64,000 nt of DNA from Squalus acanthias. Its lineage: Eukaryota. The stretch spans positions 436,001-500,000 of the forward strand of contig JASTWF010000341.1 in the NCBI GenBank assembly GCA_030390025.1. Direction: 5' to 3'. Position 1 is the stretch's first letter. The number at the start of each line of letters is the position of its first letter. Position numbers and translations under genes: made by a program. Below the pieces are notes generated by a model. The model was not told where the DNA came from. It was given only the letters and a program-made list of their open reading frames with translations, and did no database searches. This document shows, piece by piece, positions 1 to 13,080 of the stretch.

Positions 1-828
1 TTGGAGAGCGTCCTTTTTGCTTATGTGTAATACTGTAAACAGTCACCTAGTAATAGTAGTGACCTTAGCACTATCTGAACAAAAGTGAAATCAAAAACAT
101 TAAAGGAAACCATAATACTTGGCCATCAGTTTCAGAGCGTGAAAAACAATTTTTGCCCCAAAACATACACAGTATAATATTCTGACGTGAATCAGAAACG
201 TATTAGATTTATTAACATCTACCATGGTTCTTTCTCCTCAAACGCTAAAAGTTATGATGTAAAATGTATCAAATAGGCAATTCTTTCATAATGGCCATTG
301 CAATACAAAATTCCTGCAACTTTGGAATGTTCAGGTCTTAATAGTATGGACTAAAAAGGGTTAAGAAATGAGCATCTGTAAGATGTTAGAACTTTCCAGA
401 ATTACACTGTAAGCAAAATAATACCCTGCAGTTGTATCATGTTTTTAATTGTAGTGTCTCTGCAGAACAATTATGATATATTATTCTTTAAATAAAAAAG
501 TCTGTTAAGGAAGTGGGTACAAAACTAAAATGCAGACTCCACAGAAATTGCACTAGATAGGAATGATACTTTTATTAACAAAGTAACTGCAATTGTCATA
601 GTTTTTTTATACTTACAGGGATTTAAGGATTGATTAGATGAACATTTTAAATAACAGCAGATACGATATAATAACTGCTATAAAATGTATTAGTTCATAT
701 TCTAAAGCTTTAATTATTTTTATTTTTAATATGTTTAACAGATGTTAAAATTATTTTGAAGGGTATGAGTAAATTTATATACAATTTCCCCAAATGCAGC
801 TGTTTGTTATTTCTGTTAGCTATCTATA

Positions 829-1042
829 TGGGTAGAAATTCATATGATCCCTTATTTACGCATGTAAGGGGCCTAACGCCTTTTTAGGCAGCCGTCAGGG
901 ATGCCTGAAAAATGGCACGACTCAATTTTGTGTCTGATTTTTCAGGCGTCCATGGGGCGCAGGACATTGGTCCCCAAAATTGGGCCTTGTTACGCCCATT
1001 TTATGCCCGAAAACGGGCGCAACAAGGTCCAATTTCTACCCC
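829..1042. mobile_element. Harbinger-type MITE (subfamily B-like TIR)
   Basis: TIRs TGGGTAGAAATT (829-840) and AATTTCTACCCC (1031-1042); flanked by ATA on both sides (826-828, 1043-1045); CpG-rich interior, no coding capacity. Confidence 0.75.
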
Positions 1043-1107
1043 ATATTATCTATTCATCTGTTATTGACAAGTTGCATCAGGAATTAAGATTGGAAATAAT
1101 TTGTGTT

Positions 1108-1271
1108 CAACGTTTTCTTTAAGCTGCACGGCTGCACAGCGCTCCAGGGAACCCGCGCAGCCAGCTTGCTGGCTTTTCAATGTAAAAACCGCACATGCAC
1201 GGTATTTTGAATGGCCTGCACAGCCCCCTAAAGGGGCCACTCGGCACCAGAAAAAATTAGAGGGAACATTG
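1108..1271. mobile_element. hAT-type MITE
   Basis: Imperfect TIRs CAACGTTTTCTTTAA vs (revcomp) CAATGTTCCCTCTAA; 8-bp TSD TTTGTGTT (1100-1107) / TTTGTGAT (1272-1279); an 8-bp TSD is typical of hAT. Confidence 0.7.
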
Positions 1272-1636
1272 TTTGTGATTCATAAAACTGTGTAAAGTAT
1301 TTAAAAATGTTTACTAAAATATCAAATAATGACTCTTTGGAATAAGATGTCCTCAATTTTAAATAAAGCATTATTTTTCTTGCTTTCATGAGGACAGAAG
1401 TCATAATGTTGGAAAACGCAATTTTTGACTTGCCCATCTGGTGAGAATGCATTGATTCCACATCAGCGAATGCCTGATTAGTGAACCAAAATCAAGGGAG
1501 CCAAGCCACTTTCCATTTGGAATCAATTAATATTTTTAGTTGTAAATTCATGCCAAGCAAATACTTTGGTGCCTAGATTATATGTTTGCCATGTTCACAG
1601 GCCACACTGCTTAAATTTGGCAATTTTGAGCACCAT

Positions 1637-1822
1637 GGGCGGAACTTTAGGCTTCAGCATGGGTGTAAAACGGGCAATATCGGATCAGCTGCCCATTATA
1701 CAACCCGCCTGATTTTCCTTTCCTCTGTCTTCAATGGAAAGGAAAATCGAGCAGGCCGTATAAAGAGCGGCCGATCCAATATCACCCATTTTACACTCCC
1801 TCTAAAGTTGAAACTTCCAGCG
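1637..1822. mobile_element. Fold-back (palindromic) MITE
   Basis: Nested inverted arms: GTGTAAAACGGG 1663-1674 / CCCATTTTACAC 1785-1796 and perfect GATTTTCCTTTCC 1711-1723 / GGAAAGGAAAATC 1736-1748. Confidence 0.65.
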
Positions 1823-2484
1823 AATATGTTCAAAAGAATACTAATGATGGGATAGAGTCCATAATAGGGTAGATTATACATGATCTGTGGAATGAATGTG
1901 CCATACTTTCTTGTTTCTTATGTTCAAAAAAAATCTGCTATTTCACAAAGTAATATTTTAGTTTACCACTTGTATGATACAGGAAGGTTTTGTAATTATG
2001 ATCTCGTTTTAGGTAGACTGTAAATCAAGATAACGTCATTTCACAGCCTTTCCAAAAAAAATGTTTATTACCAGGCACTGAGCTAGGCTCAAACCTTAGG
2101 GGTAGAAAGTGCTTATCCCTAAAATCACTGTTGTCATTTACAGTGTCTAAGAACATTCCAATTACTTATCTTAACAAGTGGCAAATTGCTGTACAATCAT
2201 GGGGGAAGATTTTTTTTCTAAATGATATTTGTAAACTTGTTTCTAAAGAGCAGTTTTACTATTTTGTTACAGATAGCACACAGAGGAAATTTTCTCCCAG
2301 TATTTTAAAAGGAATTATAGAGAGCATAAACTGTTCAGGACAACAACTGTGTTTCCTGCGTGCTTCTCCTGATTTCCCTTGGATACACTGTTTTAGATAC
2401 TGTCTTTGTTACATTTTTATTTTAACACATTGTTGTCTGAATTTGCTTTTCCATTGTTTCCATTTATTGTACGATGAATGTCAG

Positions 2485-2591
2485 AACAAAATGAGCGACT
2501 CTCCCAGGAGAACAAAGAACTACAGCTGCACTATCTGGAACACAAGCAACAGCTGGATGAACTAAAAGATCGTATGAAGTTCTTCACCAAA
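2485..2591 (+). CDS. RPGRIP1L: RPGRIP1L coding exon (coiled coil; (E)QNERLSQENKELQLHYLEHKQQLDELKDRMKFFTK)
   Basis: tcag acceptor, gtaag donor, 107 bp, phase 1 to 0; peptide resembles the RPGRIP1L coiled coil. Confidence 0.92.
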
Positions 2592-2853
2592 GTAAGATAC
2601 TTACCTCAACTGAATTTATATGTGCCAGAATGTGACAATGGAAGGCTTGAAATGTTTTATGCATGGCGTAAGTACACCAGCTTTATGCATCATAAAGCCT
2701 CGGAAAAAAGAATGTAAAAATGTGATAGCTTATTTATTCATGATATTCAAACCAAATGTCATATTTGGTGAGAATCTACTATGTCATTTTCAGTTATCCC
2801 TGTATTATTCATTTCCATTTAATAATCCCCTTTATTGACTATTTTAATTTCAG

Positions 2854-2904
2854 GAGAGTGATATTGATGTAGCTGAACTCAGCGAAGCACTGATGCTCAT
2901 AAAG
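2854..2904 (+). CDS. RPGRIP1L: RPGRIP1L coding exon (ESDIDVAELSEALMLIK)
   Basis: tttcag acceptor, gtaatg donor, 51 bp, phase 0 to 0; matches RPGRIP1L ELSEALLLIK; too short for the ORF track. Confidence 0.92.
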
Positions 2905-3506
2905 GTAATGTAAAGAAGTTGATCCCTCTTCCAATTCGTGCGTGCTTTGTGGTCTAATAACAATCTGACCCTTATATGCCCTGATTGGAGAGACGACCAT
3001 TTCAAGAGGCTAATTCATTGGTGAACCTTCAAGTGGCTAATGTAGCTTACTCAAACATATGAAAATGTCAGAAAGAGCAGGGAGAGTAAAGTCAGTGAAG
3101 AGTAATATGAAGTTTATTTAGACTGTGTTAATATTTCATTTTTACAACAAAGGTTAATTAATCCACACCCAGAAATATGTGCATAAATATATATATATAT
3201 TTATTAATAATGTTGAGAGTTTGTCTTTTGGGAGGCAAGTACTGCAGCATATTTTGGACTTTGGAGAGCAGGACAGAATTATAACCTGGTGGTGACACAA
3301 AAATACTGGGGCAAACCACAAATGCTGTTTAGCCATGAAAAGCAAAAATACACATCAACAAATCCAGCTGGAACTAACCTTTCTGTATACTATTTTGCAC
3401 TGAGCCAGCTATATTGTAGATTTTTGTGTTTGTAGTGAGTTGGAAAAAGCTGCACTGGAAGGGAAGGCCTGTTTACTTCAGTCATGCACTTTTACCTTTG
3501 TTGTAG

Positions 3507-3686
3507 GTTCGTAAGCTTCAGAAGAATGGAAATCTTGAATTTCTGGAGAAAGTGGAGGACAACATTAATAAAGATTTGGAGTACTCTATGCGAGAGCTCC
3601 AGGCAACGCATGCAGAAACCGTTCAGGAACTTGAAAAGACAAGAAATATGTTATTTATGCAGTACAAGATTAATAAAGATTATCAG
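3507..3686 (+). CDS. RPGRIP1L: RPGRIP1L coding exon ([15 protein letters not shown]...[34 protein letters not shown])
   Basis: ttgtag acceptor, gtaatt donor, 180 bp, phase 0 to 0; [22 protein letters not shown] is characteristic of RPGRIP1L. Confidence 0.96.
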
Positions 3687-3741
3687 GTAATTTTCTATTT
3701 AAAAAATGTAACAGGTATCTCAAACACATTACTATTTCAGT

Positions 3742-4185
3742 AGGATGAAGCACATGGAAGAATACTATGAAAGGATGAGCTAGATAACTGGAAAGTTGAT
3801 TGGAGATATTCAAGTAGGGAGTGGCAGGTGAGAAGGGTATGGATTTGTGAACTGACAACACATTCAAGGAATTTGGAGAGGAAAAGAAGGTTGGAGATGG
3901 GGCAGTAGTCTGCAAGGGCAGAGGAGTTGAGTGTTGGCTTTTTGAGGAAAAGGGTGTTGATGGCTGTTTTGAAATAATGAGGACAGGGAGCTATTTACAG
4001 TGTCAGCATGGGGACCAGGAGAGGAAGTTGCGTGGTCAGCAGTTTAGTGGCAATGGGGTCATGGGAGCAGGAAGTGGTCTCATGGCCAAGCTGAGCTTGG
4101 CGAGGTCAGAGGAGAAGTTGACTGAGAAACGCGAGAGAGATGGGGATTAAGGGCTAAGGCACAGGGATATTGGGGACAAGGGAAA
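3742..4185 (-). mobile_element. Degenerate L2 LINE RT fragment
   Basis: Minus strand reads LKKPTLNSSALADYCPISNLLFLSKFLECVV (NYRPISNLPFLSK motif of L2 RT); boundaries approximate. Confidence 0.6.
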
Positions 4186-4829
4186 GGGGGGAAGTGACTG
4201 TTCCTGATTCATATTTTGGATTTATACTGAGATTCACCGGAAAGTACATGATTTGAAAACAATTAGCATTTCTGCCAATATAATTTATTTTGTTTACAAG
4301 TTTATGACATTTTATTTTGGAAAAAGCAACATTTGCTTATGTTTTGATGGTCTGTGCGCTCTTCTTAGCGTATTGTTCAAGGTTTTGTGTATAGAATCAA
4401 GTTGATTGGCTTTAGCACAACTTTGAACTAATAACAATATTATCATGCAGTGGTGAAAAGAACAGATTTCTACTGACTGTCTTGGAAGTGATTCAGCAAC
4501 TATAATGCTGAAGGATTATATTCTGAAATAAGGTAACTGAGTTCAAATACCATTATTGACTGATATTTCATTCACATGTCCCTTGACAGTGAGTTTACCA
4601 GTCTCAGCAGTCAACAGAGTAGGGAGGGAAAACTGGCCAAGCAGGGTTGTTCAAGCTCCTGATGGATTGACCCAGATGAAGTATTGACATGGTGTCTATC
4701 GCGATGTCACAGATCAAACCATCCTTATCAAAGCGGGTTAGCCCAGTGTAAAGACCTAAGTTGGTGAAAAATTAGAAGAAAAATTTTGCAGAATATTTTG
4801 AACAATAAATGCTTTTTTTTAATTCCAGT

Positions 4830-5840
4830 TAAACACCTCTACACTTTCTTACCTCCAGACTTGACTTCTTTAACACCCCCCTTGCCGACCTCTAAAGTTT
4901 CACCCTTTACAAATTACAATTTGGTCAAATTCCACTGCCATCCGGTTCCATACTAAGTCCCATTCGCCAATTACCCTCCCATTCTTGCTAATGTTTATTG
5001 GTTCCCTATCCCAGGGAACCAATTCAAGAACCTTATTCTTGTTTGCCAGGCCCCACCTCTCCCCACCTCATCGCTCTGACCTCCTCCAGTCCTACATCCC
5101 AGCACATGACCTTCAGTCCTCTGACTCTGGCCTGCCATGCATCCTCTTCCCCTCCACTGCACCGTCAATGGAGGGCTTAAGCCATCTGGTGCACACTCTC
5201 AAAAACTCCCTCTCTAAATCCCTTCGCCTTGCTACTTCTCTCCTCAGCCTCGTGTCAGCCTTAGCTCAGTGGTACCAATCTCGCCTCTGAGTCAGAAGGT
5301 TGTGTTACCCACTCCAAAGACTTAAGCACATAATCTAGGCTGACACTTCAGTGCAGTACCGAGGGAGTGCTGCACTGTTGGAGGTGCCATTTTTCAGATT
5401 AGAAGTTAACCCAAGGCCCCATCTGCCCTCTCAGGTGGATTTAAAAGATCCAACAGCAGTATTCAAAGAAGAGCAGGGAATGCCTCCCAGTTTCTTGGTC
5501 AACATTTTTCCCTCAACCTACACCTAAAACAGATGATCTGGCCATTTATTTCATTGCTGTTTGTGGGAGCTTGCTGTGCACAAATTAGCTGCTATGTTTC
5601 CTACATTACAACAGTGACTACACTTGAAAAGTACTTCATTGGCTGTAAAGCAGTTTAGGATGTCCTGTGGTCGTGAAAGGTGCTATATAAATGCAAGTTC
5701 TTTCTTTCACATCCTTTTAAATAATGCTTTAAGTCATTTATCTTAACCCTTGTCGTCAGCTTGGTGCCCTTTTCTGCTCTATGAAGCACATTGGAACATT
5801 TTATACATTAAATGCGCGATATAGTCACAAATTGTTGTTG
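4830..5840 (+). mobile_element. Old L2 3' fragment interrupted by a SINE
   Basis: Degenerate similarity to the L2 3' end at 12550-13079; ends in ...aattgttgttg at about 5840; split by the SINE at 5254-5708. Confidence 0.55.
5254..5708 (+). mobile_element. tRNA-head Deu-domain SINE (SacSINE1/AmnSINE-like) with L2-type tail
   Basis: A-box TAGCTCAGTGG; Deu-like core (...ccctctcaggtggatttaaaagatcc...gaagagcaggg...); tail gctatataaatgcaagttctttcttt; homologous to 21116-21584 and 38916-39381. Confidence 0.8.
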
Positions 5841-6444
5841 GATAGTTGAACTATGTCTGAATTGAAATGAATCATTGTAAATGCACTGAGAGATTTTAGT
5901 GCCAAACATCTAGTTTCAGGAGAATTATTTGATTTTCAGAAATTGAATACAGTAATGTCTGTTATTAAAACTGATTAAACTCATTGGGGTAGATTTTCAA
6001 TTTGCCACGTGAGCATAAAACTGGTGCTGCAGATTGACCGGCCATGATAAAAACGCACAATTTTCAAGAATGAACGGGCGGCTGATTTTGTCTTCAAGGG
6101 TACTGTAAAATAGTTCTAATTTGGTTTGCACTGTTTTAAGACTTGCCTGAATCCCACATGTAAATAACACCCAATTTTCTGGTCTAACCATATTTGCATA
6201 ATTATTCACAACTCCAGATGCAAACTCAGATAGGTCTAGGAATAACTCCAGTGGTAGGGGAGTTAAATTCTGTGTAAGTAAAACTTAAAGGGATAGGGAC
6301 AATTAAAAGTAAGTGTCACATGTAGGGGGACAGAAATTTAGAAAGCTTCTAGAGAGCATTAAAGGCATCTGAACCCATCAGTAACCTTTGCCAAGGCTGA
6401 AGGATCAGGGGTTTAAGAAGTGGCAGGCCAGGTTGAAGAGTTAA

Positions 6445-8295
6445 GGCTGAGATTTTCCTTACCTCAGTGGGTCCGGGGCAGGCGACGTCGGTGGCGGGTC
6501 CCGACCCCGCTGCTGGCTCCATCCCGCTCTGGAAAATGAATTTATGTTGATGGGGCTTGTTAAGCCCGCCCAGCGCGTTTCCCGGGCCAATTAGAGGAAG
6601 CGGGTCTGGTGACGTCATTCATGACGCGTCATCAGTCGGTTTCCTTAAAGGGACCATGGCCAACTTTCTTTTAACATTTGTGCTGTCAGTGTTCTACAGC
6701 ATTGAAGTGCTACAAACACTGACAATGACTGCACAGAGGTGCACGGCTGCACCCAGATTCTCCCATGACTCCCGCCCTGTGCTTATGGGGGGAGTCAAGA
6801 GCACGCAGGGAGGTCCTCTTCCATTCTGATGGGCGGAAGACACCTCTCCAGGAGACTAACACAGCCTGGATGCACATTGCAGAGGAGGTAGCAGGGATGT
6901 CATCAGGAGGACCAGGGTGCAGTGGTGCAAACCTTTCAATTATCTCATGAGATCACGAAACTTTACTGCAAAGCCACACTCAACCTCATCCACACTCAAT
7001 CACATCCCCATCACTCTGCCTTCCCTACCCTACTCCTGTACATCCTTATTCACACCAACTTACCTTGCACATCCACCCATCCCTCTCTCTATCTACATTA
7101 TCACATCTCCATCTCACTAGCCACCCCTCACATTCACCCTCATCCTAGTGCCATCATACCAACTAACAGCACACAAAGGTAGCCACTTGGGTCTTTTATC
7201 CACTGTTCATATAAAGTTTCTGTTAATGTGGTGTCAAACATTGAAACCTTTATTTTCAACACTCCGTTCTTGGACAGATTTGTGTGCACCTTTGGAAGTG
7301 GCTTAGTGAGTTTCAGTGAATGGTGAGACATAACAGTACCCCCCGCAATGGTGGTGAGTGTGAAAGGAATGGCTTGGACATTGTAGGGATGCTTTATGGT
7401 GTTGGTGTGGGGTGGTGCCAACTTGGCGTATCATGTGGCAGCCAGGGTGTACAGTGTTATGTGAAGTAAATTTGGCCATGGTGAGGCCATCCCTGGCCTC
7501 CCGGGCAGTAATGTGCTCGAGTGCTGATGCTCTCTGTCCTGTGCAGCATCATGTGATTGCGGAGAAGGTTGGTGTTGTTGTTGGTGCTGCTGGTGTGCCT
7601 GGTGCTGCTGGTGTTGGGGTTGATCATGGTGGGATTCTGAGGACCAAGGTGAGAGAGTATAAAGGGCACCCATGTTGATGGAATAGATGGCAGGTGAAGT
7701 AGAGATGACAGAAGCATTCTTTCAATGGTGAGAGAGTTCTTCCAATGACGTAAGAGTGGATGGAGAGTGGAAAGTGGAAAGCCTGCAGAATCTGTGCTGG
7801 AAATGGACTGAGAAACAGCTTGTGGCTGAGGAAAGTGATGATCTGTCAGGTGGGAGCTTTTACTGTACATTTGAAGCTGTCAAGTAATCAGCTGGAGCAA
7901 TGGCCACTGAACTCCTGCCTCAGGTTGACAGCCATGGTCCCCGAACAGCGTGGTTCCCATGGCCATGAAGTTAAAGTGAAAAGGTAAGTTAAAAAAGCCT
8001 GTTAATGATCTGTCAACTAGATGAGTTTAATTGGGTCGCCTGCTGCTGCCTGTCAGGTCTGCCCAGCGCTGACAGACCCGACATTGGGAAAGATGCATTG
8101 TGGCAGGTTGACAGCAGGGTCCCTTACACAAATGAAGCTCCTGTCTGATTAGGTCAGGAGCTTCAGATGCCTATCCTAGACCTGACCACAAACAGAGTGG
8201 GGTCCCAAACCAGGCAGGATTCCAGTAGAACTGATTTCTACCAGATTTCTCAGCCTCTACTGTCATTCGAGTGCTAAAAGGTGAAAATCAGACCC
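6445..8295. mobile_element. Non-autonomous PIF/Harbinger element, subfamily A, with both genes internally deleted
   Basis: TIR-like ends GGCTGAGATTTTC / GAAAATCAGACCC; Myb exon 1 remnant on + from 6725 (MTAQRCTAAPRFSHDS...AWMHIAEEV); transposase N-term/C-term remnant on - at 7431-7673. Confidence 0.8.
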
Positions 8296-11157
8296 ATTAT
8301 CTGGAACCATATGAGGTGTAACATGCTTTCTGATTTCTTTGAATTGAGCAATTTGTAAATTCTGAAGTACCTATCTCCAGAATGCAAACATTGCATGGTT
8401 TGCAGTGGTTTGGTTTTTATTTGGTTTATTCATCCTCACTTAGAAAAAGAATATTTTGCATGTAAGTTAATTCAAACATTATAATGTGTTTAGACAAAAA
8501 GTAAATAAAATCCAGTTTTAGTCCCTCTCAATTGCAATTTTATAAAATTGTGAAAAAAACAGATGCCAGAAGAAAGCTGCAAAACAAATCTATTTTCCAT
8601 CAAGCCAGCCTATATTTTTTCAGTGACTGATATAACAAATTGTGGGCAGAAGAAGAGCTCTAGAAGTGTGACTGCCACGTATTGTGGTGAATGTGGAAGT
8701 AATTACACTCTAAAAGTGGCAATTTGAATATTTTAAAGAGCCTTAAATATGCTGCCAATTTGATACACTCACAGATTAATGGAAAATAGATCGGCCTACT
8801 GCTTATAACTCCAAAATGCAGAAAGTCAAAGTGTTAGTTAGTTTTTGTGTACTTCATAGTGTAGCTAAATTGTTAAACATCAAGAATTGTGTCTACTTTA
8901 GGTAAACCTGAATCAGAACATTTTTTTAAGAAAGCAGTTAAGTGAAAGTACGGTAATTTTTCCCAATGAGAAAAAAATTGAATGCAACATTAAATTACGA
9001 GTTGCAACTGTTGCTTTAATAATAAAATACCTGCTTTGTTATTGGACTAGATGCTATATAAAATTGCTATGTTGCAAAAAAATACAGTAATTTGATTATA
9101 TGAAAATTGTTTTGTAATAAAAGAGACTATTTGGATTTCTTTTCCTTCAGAGCTTTTGAAAAGATTATATAGACATAGTTATTAGAAACTAGGCATGTTA
9201 ATAGTATCTTTTTACTTCCGCAATCAACCTGATCTTTAAGCCCTGTGAAAGGGAATGAAAACCATTTTAAGTTTATAACTATTCTTTTGATAAAATGTAA
9301 TTTATTTTTGGATTCTATTTTCTCTTTAAAAAATCCCATCAGTGATTCACTATATTAAATATCATGTATATAATAGATATGATAACTGAATTCTAGCATC
9401 ACTGTGAAAACAACTAATTATATATAATTTAAAAGGGTTCTTACAGAATGTGAATAATGTTTATTTATATGAATACTGAAACTCAGTAAGCCACTACTTT
9501 TCATAACAACTGTAATGAATAGGAAAATGTGCATTATGAAGGAATAAGAAACATATTTCAAATTAAATAAGGCAGTCAATTTAACTGGTGCCCAGACTAA
9601 TCGTATATTATCATTTTTGAATCTAATTCTATGGAATTGTAACTTTATAAATGAAAAAGGAACCCCTACATATAAAACAGAAGTGCCACCATATGTGAAA
9701 TGAAGGTTAGAGTTCCTTTTTGTTCATTCTTGAATTAAGCAAATGGTCCATGAAGTTAGTACAGATATGTTTACCATTTTAAAAGTGTGATCCACATTTT
9801 AAATCAATATGTGATTTTTATTTTATATGTCCTGTTGAGTGAGATAATTGATTTAAAACAACAGATGTATTGTGTTTGGCTTCTGACCATTCTTTTAAAT
9901 TCAAAGGTACCCTCACAGGACAATACTCTCACGAGATACATTGCTACCAGCCTATGTTGACCAGGCTTGCATACTGGCACTTTTAACTAGAAAACATAGT
10001 CCAATTTGTCATGACTCGTCATATTCTGATACAACTCCTATGTGATTTTCCCCTCCCCTACAAACTTTTCATTTAATCCAGTTCTATAACAGTTTGATAG
10101 TCTTCCCATGACAGTAAAATCGATCTACCAGAATTTTTTCCAACTTATCTCTGCATCAGATTGGTGCAAAAAAAGTCTTGGAAATATACATAGGTAATAC
10201 TGTAATGTACTTGTATATGTCCAGTAGCAGTAAATTGCTAGCTGCTTTCGTTAATGAGCTGGAGTAGCCTCATTCTTCAGTACAGTACATGCTACATAGT
10301 TGCTTTGTTAGTAAACAATATGGAGCATTTTATAAGCAAAGCCCATCTGTACTATTCCTATTTTAAGCCTTAAATCAGAATGATGCATATCACGTGATCT
10401 AGTTCAGATTAACTGCCATAATCAACCAGTGGAAGATATATAAATACAAGGGCTCTGAATGTCCTCAGCGAAAGGGGTGAACTGGGGGCGTTATTGCGAA
10501 GATGGAGACTAGCAGGGGTGAAAATTTGGGCAGGAACCGGGTATGTTGGGTATTTGCTCCATTCCATGAGGCGTTGGGGTTTCTGGCATGACTGGGCGGT
10601 TATTGCAGCCTCCCCATTACTGCCTAACGTCAAAAATAGAGGCAGTTCTGGTAGGATGATATCACCTGCCGGAATTCCCACCAGTCCCATCTCTGGTGGT
10701 TCAATGTACTCTACAACAGCAAGAGACAGGTGTGCAATACTTAACATTGGTGGATTTGGAGCCCACAAAGGCCTGTTTGGGTCCTGCACTTCGGCAATTT
10801 TCCGAGTTTCATTCAAATAGTGCGTCAGAAGAAACCACGGAGAAAGCGTCCTTCTTGGAAAGGGCCAAATGTTTCCTTATGTTCTTCATCTTCTGCGGAC
10901 CTGAACCTAAGCAGCTGCCCTCTGCCACAGATTTTCTCCGCCCCCCCGCACCCACCGCCCAACTGCTGCGGTGTATACAAACTGTATACAAATTGCTTGG
11001 GCCCCCAGGAATTGTAAGGGATTGTGGGATTTTAGATTCAAGATGAGTATGATACAGATCAAAACTGGATATATAGAAAGATTAGAACAAAAATGAGATA
11101 TAAAGTAGACATCCGATAAATATAAGGGGATAATAAAGAATAAATCCATGATAACTT

Positions 11158-13079
11158 CCCTCTGTGCCTCTCTTGGCATCCTACGAAGGGCCTATCGAGG
11201 CACTCGTCGCTGCCACCTTACGAGCAGCAACCCCAACTGTCCCATCCTACCCTCTCGCCGACCTTCCCGCCCAGCGCGCCCACTGGGGGCAAATCTTGCC
11301 AATCTCCTCCCCATCCAACTCATCCCCCCCCAGCACTGACCCTGTGGACGCTGGCAGTGGGGCAGCCATCACCGACCCTCTCTGCATCTCCCTCCAGAAT
11401 GTCCGTTCACTTACGAACAAGGCCTTTGCCATCTATGAGCTTATCGTGCATGATTGCATCAACATCATGGTCCTGACAGAAACTTGGTTGAGGGGTGATG
11501 ACACCTTACCCTTAAATGAAGCCTCCCCACCTGGCTATACCTTCCACCACTTGCACCGCTCAGACCGCCATGGTGACGGTGTGGCTCTCATCGCCAAATC
11601 ACACCTTGGTCTGTCCCCCTATTCCTCCGGCAGTTTCTCCTCCTTTGAGCATCTCACCTTATTCCACCTCTCACCTCTCATTTAAAAATCTCGTTCTCTA
11701 CCGCCCACCCAAGTACCATAAAAATTTTATTACTGAGATATCTTCAGTGCTTTCCTCCCTCAGCCTCTGCACCAAATGACTTCTCATCCTCGGTGATTTC
11801 AACCTCCATCTCAATTCATCATGCTCTCTCTCCTCTGAGTTCACTAGCCTCCTATCCTCACTTAATCTCTCCCTCCATGTAAACTCCCCAACCCATATTC
11901 ACGGCCACCCCCTCGACCTTGCCATCTCTCGCCTGGTTCCATTCTTATCTATCTAATCATAACCAGAGAATCACCTGCAACGGCTTCTCTTCCCGCTCCC
12001 GCATCATTACCTCTGGTGTCCCCCAAGGATCTATCGTTGGCCCTCTCCTATTTCTCATCTACGTGTTGCCCCTTGGCGACATCATCCGAAAACACAGCGT
12101 CAGTTTCCACATGTACGCTGAGGACACCCAGATCTACCTCACTACCTCTTCTCTCGAACCCTCCATGATGTCTAAATTGTCAGACTGCTTGTCCGACATA
12201 CAGTTCTGGATGAGCAAAAATTTTCTCCAATTAAATATTGGGAAGACCGAAGCCATTGTTTTTGGTCCCTGCCACAAACTCTGTTCCCTAGCCACTGACT
12301 CCATCCCTCTCCCTAACATCTGTCTGAGGCTGAACCACACTGTTCGTAACCTTGGTGTCATATTTGACCCTGAAATGAGCTTCCGACCACATATCCGCAG
12401 CATAACAAAGACCACCTACTTCCACCTCCGTGACATCGCCCGTCTCCGCCCTTGCCTCACCTCATCCACTGCTGAAACCCTCATCCATGTCTTTGTTACC
12501 TCTAGACATGACTATTCCAATGCACTCCTGGCTGGCCTCCCACATTCCACCCTACGTAAACTTGAGGGCATCCAAAACTCGGCTGCCCGTGTCGTAACTC
12601 ACACCAAGTCCCGTTTGCCCATCACCCCTGTGCTCGCTGACCTACATTGGCTCCCGGTTAAGCAACGCCTCGATTTCAAAATTCTCACCCTTGTTTTCAA
12701 ATCCCTCCATGACCTCGCCCCTTCCTATCTCTGTAATTTCCTTCAGCTCACAACCCCCCGAGATATCTGCGCTCCTCTTATTCCACCCTCTTGAGCATCC
12801 CTGATTATAATCACTCAATCTTTGGTGGCCATGCTTTCTGTTGCCTGGGCCCTAAGCTCTGGAATTCCCTGCCTAAACTTTTCCGCCTTGCTACCTCTCT
12901 TTCTTCCTTTAAGACGCTCCTTAAAACCTACCTCTTTGACCAAGCTTTTGGTCACCTGCCCTAATTTCTCCTTATGTGGCTCGGTGTCAAATTTTTTGAC
13001 TTAAAATACTCCTGTGCAGCGCCTTGGGACGTTTTACTACGTTAAAGGTGCTATATAAATACAAGTTGTTGTTGTTGTT
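11158..13079 (+). mobile_element. L2 LINE (endonuclease plus RT C-terminal half, internal deletion, (GTT)n tail)
   Basis: SLQNVRSL, LTETWL and GDFNLH endonuclease motifs; SGVPQGSIVGPLLF and YAEDTQIY RT motifs; ends aaaggtgctatataaatacaagttgttgttgttg; contains stops and frameshifts. Confidence 0.93.
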
Positions 13080-13080
13080 T

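Noticed and set aside
2131..2565. 144-aa ORF over the first exon
   Set aside because: Mostly intronic and in a different frame from the real exon; no recognisable domain
8300..10400. Long AT-rich, apparently TE-free intron stretch as a possible conserved enhancer region (also 18140-20340)
   Set aside because: Cannot be supported without cross-species alignment
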